From NCBI GenBank assembly GCA_030141605.1, contig JAQGDQ010001839.1:1-23589 (forward strand): a DNA stretch of 23,589 nucleotides, written 5' to 3'. The notes under the pieces are model-generated. The model saw only the letters and a program-made list of their open reading frames with translations. It was not told the DNA's origin and searched no databases. Made by a program: the position numbers and the translations under genes. Positions 22,586 to 23,589 of this stretch are shown in pieces (the stretch's first letter is position 1; every line of letters starts with the position of its first letter). Origin of the DNA: Tubiluchus corallicola. Lineage: Eukaryota > Animalia > Priapulida.

Positions 22586-23589
22586 TCGCAATAGAAAGGT
22601 AATGTATTGAGGTCAAACCATCCTCTCTGAGTCGCAATAGGGAGGTTATGTATTGAGGTCAAACCATCCTCTCTGAGTCGCAATAGGAAGGTAATGTCTC
22701 GAGGTCAAACCATCCTCTCTGAGTCGCAATAGAAAGGTCATGTCTCGAGGTCAAACCATCCTCTCTGAGTCGCAATAGAAAGGTGATGTCTCGAGGTCAA
22801 ACCATCCTCTCTGAGTCGCAATAGAAAGGTGATGTCTCGAGGTCAAACCATCCTCTCTGAGTCGCAATAGAAAGGTTATGTCTCGAGGTCAAACCATCCT
22901 CTCTGAGTCGCAATAGGAAGGTAATGTCTGGAGATCAAACCATCCTCTCTGAGTCGCAATAGGAAGGTAATGTCTGGAGGTCAAACCATCCTCTCTGAGT
23001 CCAAAAAAAAACAAACCATCCTCTCTGAGTCGCAATAGGGAGGTTATGTATTGAGGTCAAACCATCCTCTCTGAGTCGCAATAGGAAGGTAATGTCTCGA
23101 GGTCAAACCATCCTCTCTGAGTCGCAATAGAAAGGTCATGTCTCGAGGTCAAACCATCCTCTCTGAGTCGCAATAGAAAGGTGATGTCTCGAGGTCAAAC
23201 CATCCTCTCTGAGTCGCAATAGAAAGGTGATGTCTCGAGGTCAAACCATCCTCTCTGAGTCGCAATAGAAAGGTCATGTCTCGAGGTCAAACCATCCTCT
23301 CTGAGTCGCAATAGAAAGGTGATGTCTCGAGGTCAAACCATCCTCTCTGAGTCGCAATAGAAAGGTGATGTCTCGAGGTCAAACCATCCTCTCTGAGTCG
23401 CAATAGAAAGGTTATGTCTCGAGGTCAAACCATCCTCTCTGAGTCGCAATAGGAAGGTAATGTATCGAGGTCAAACCATCCTCTCTGAGTCGCAATAGGA
23501 AGGTAATGTCTGGAGATCAAACCATCCTCTCTGAGTCGCAATAGGAAGGTAATGTCTCGAGGTCAAACCATCCTCACTGAGTCGCAATA
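22585..23589 (-). repeat. 46-bp satellite array 2, about 22 units, inverted relative to array 1 and running off the window
   Basis: Units are reverse complements of array 1 units; one unit is partly replaced by an A-run at 23003-23011. Confidence 0.97.

Noticed and set aside
18888-23589. CRISPR-like appearance of the 46-bp arrays
   Set aside because: No unique spacers, only a few variable positions; no cas genes; intronic in an animal gene.

Overview
AT-rich, repeat-dense animal (invertebrate, probably lophotrochozoan) genomic DNA, not prokaryotic. The only host gene I can support is the 3' part of a polycystin-2 (PKD2/TRPP2) gene on the minus strand. It has five clean GT-AG coding exons (21253-21120, 17873-17756, 16986-16850, 16688-16541, 15300-15154/15145) encoding two EF-hands, the linker and the coiled coil, plus a candidate terminal exon at 14621-14601. 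The upstream transmembrane exons lie beyond the window end. The rest consists of non-autonomous DNA transposons (hAT-, piggyBac- and Tc1/mariner-type MITEs), LINE remnants, (GA)n/(CT)n microsatellites, 43-, 46- and 159-bp tandem repeats, a direct duplication and an inverted duplication. The most unusual architecture is two oppositely oriented arrays of the same 46-bp satellite, sharing a higher-order variant pattern, that bracket the EF-hand-1 exon. Also notable are a 21-bp tandem amplification of a splice donor and a stop-or-splice choice at the C-terminus. Most ORFs in the supplied track are artefacts of simple repeats.
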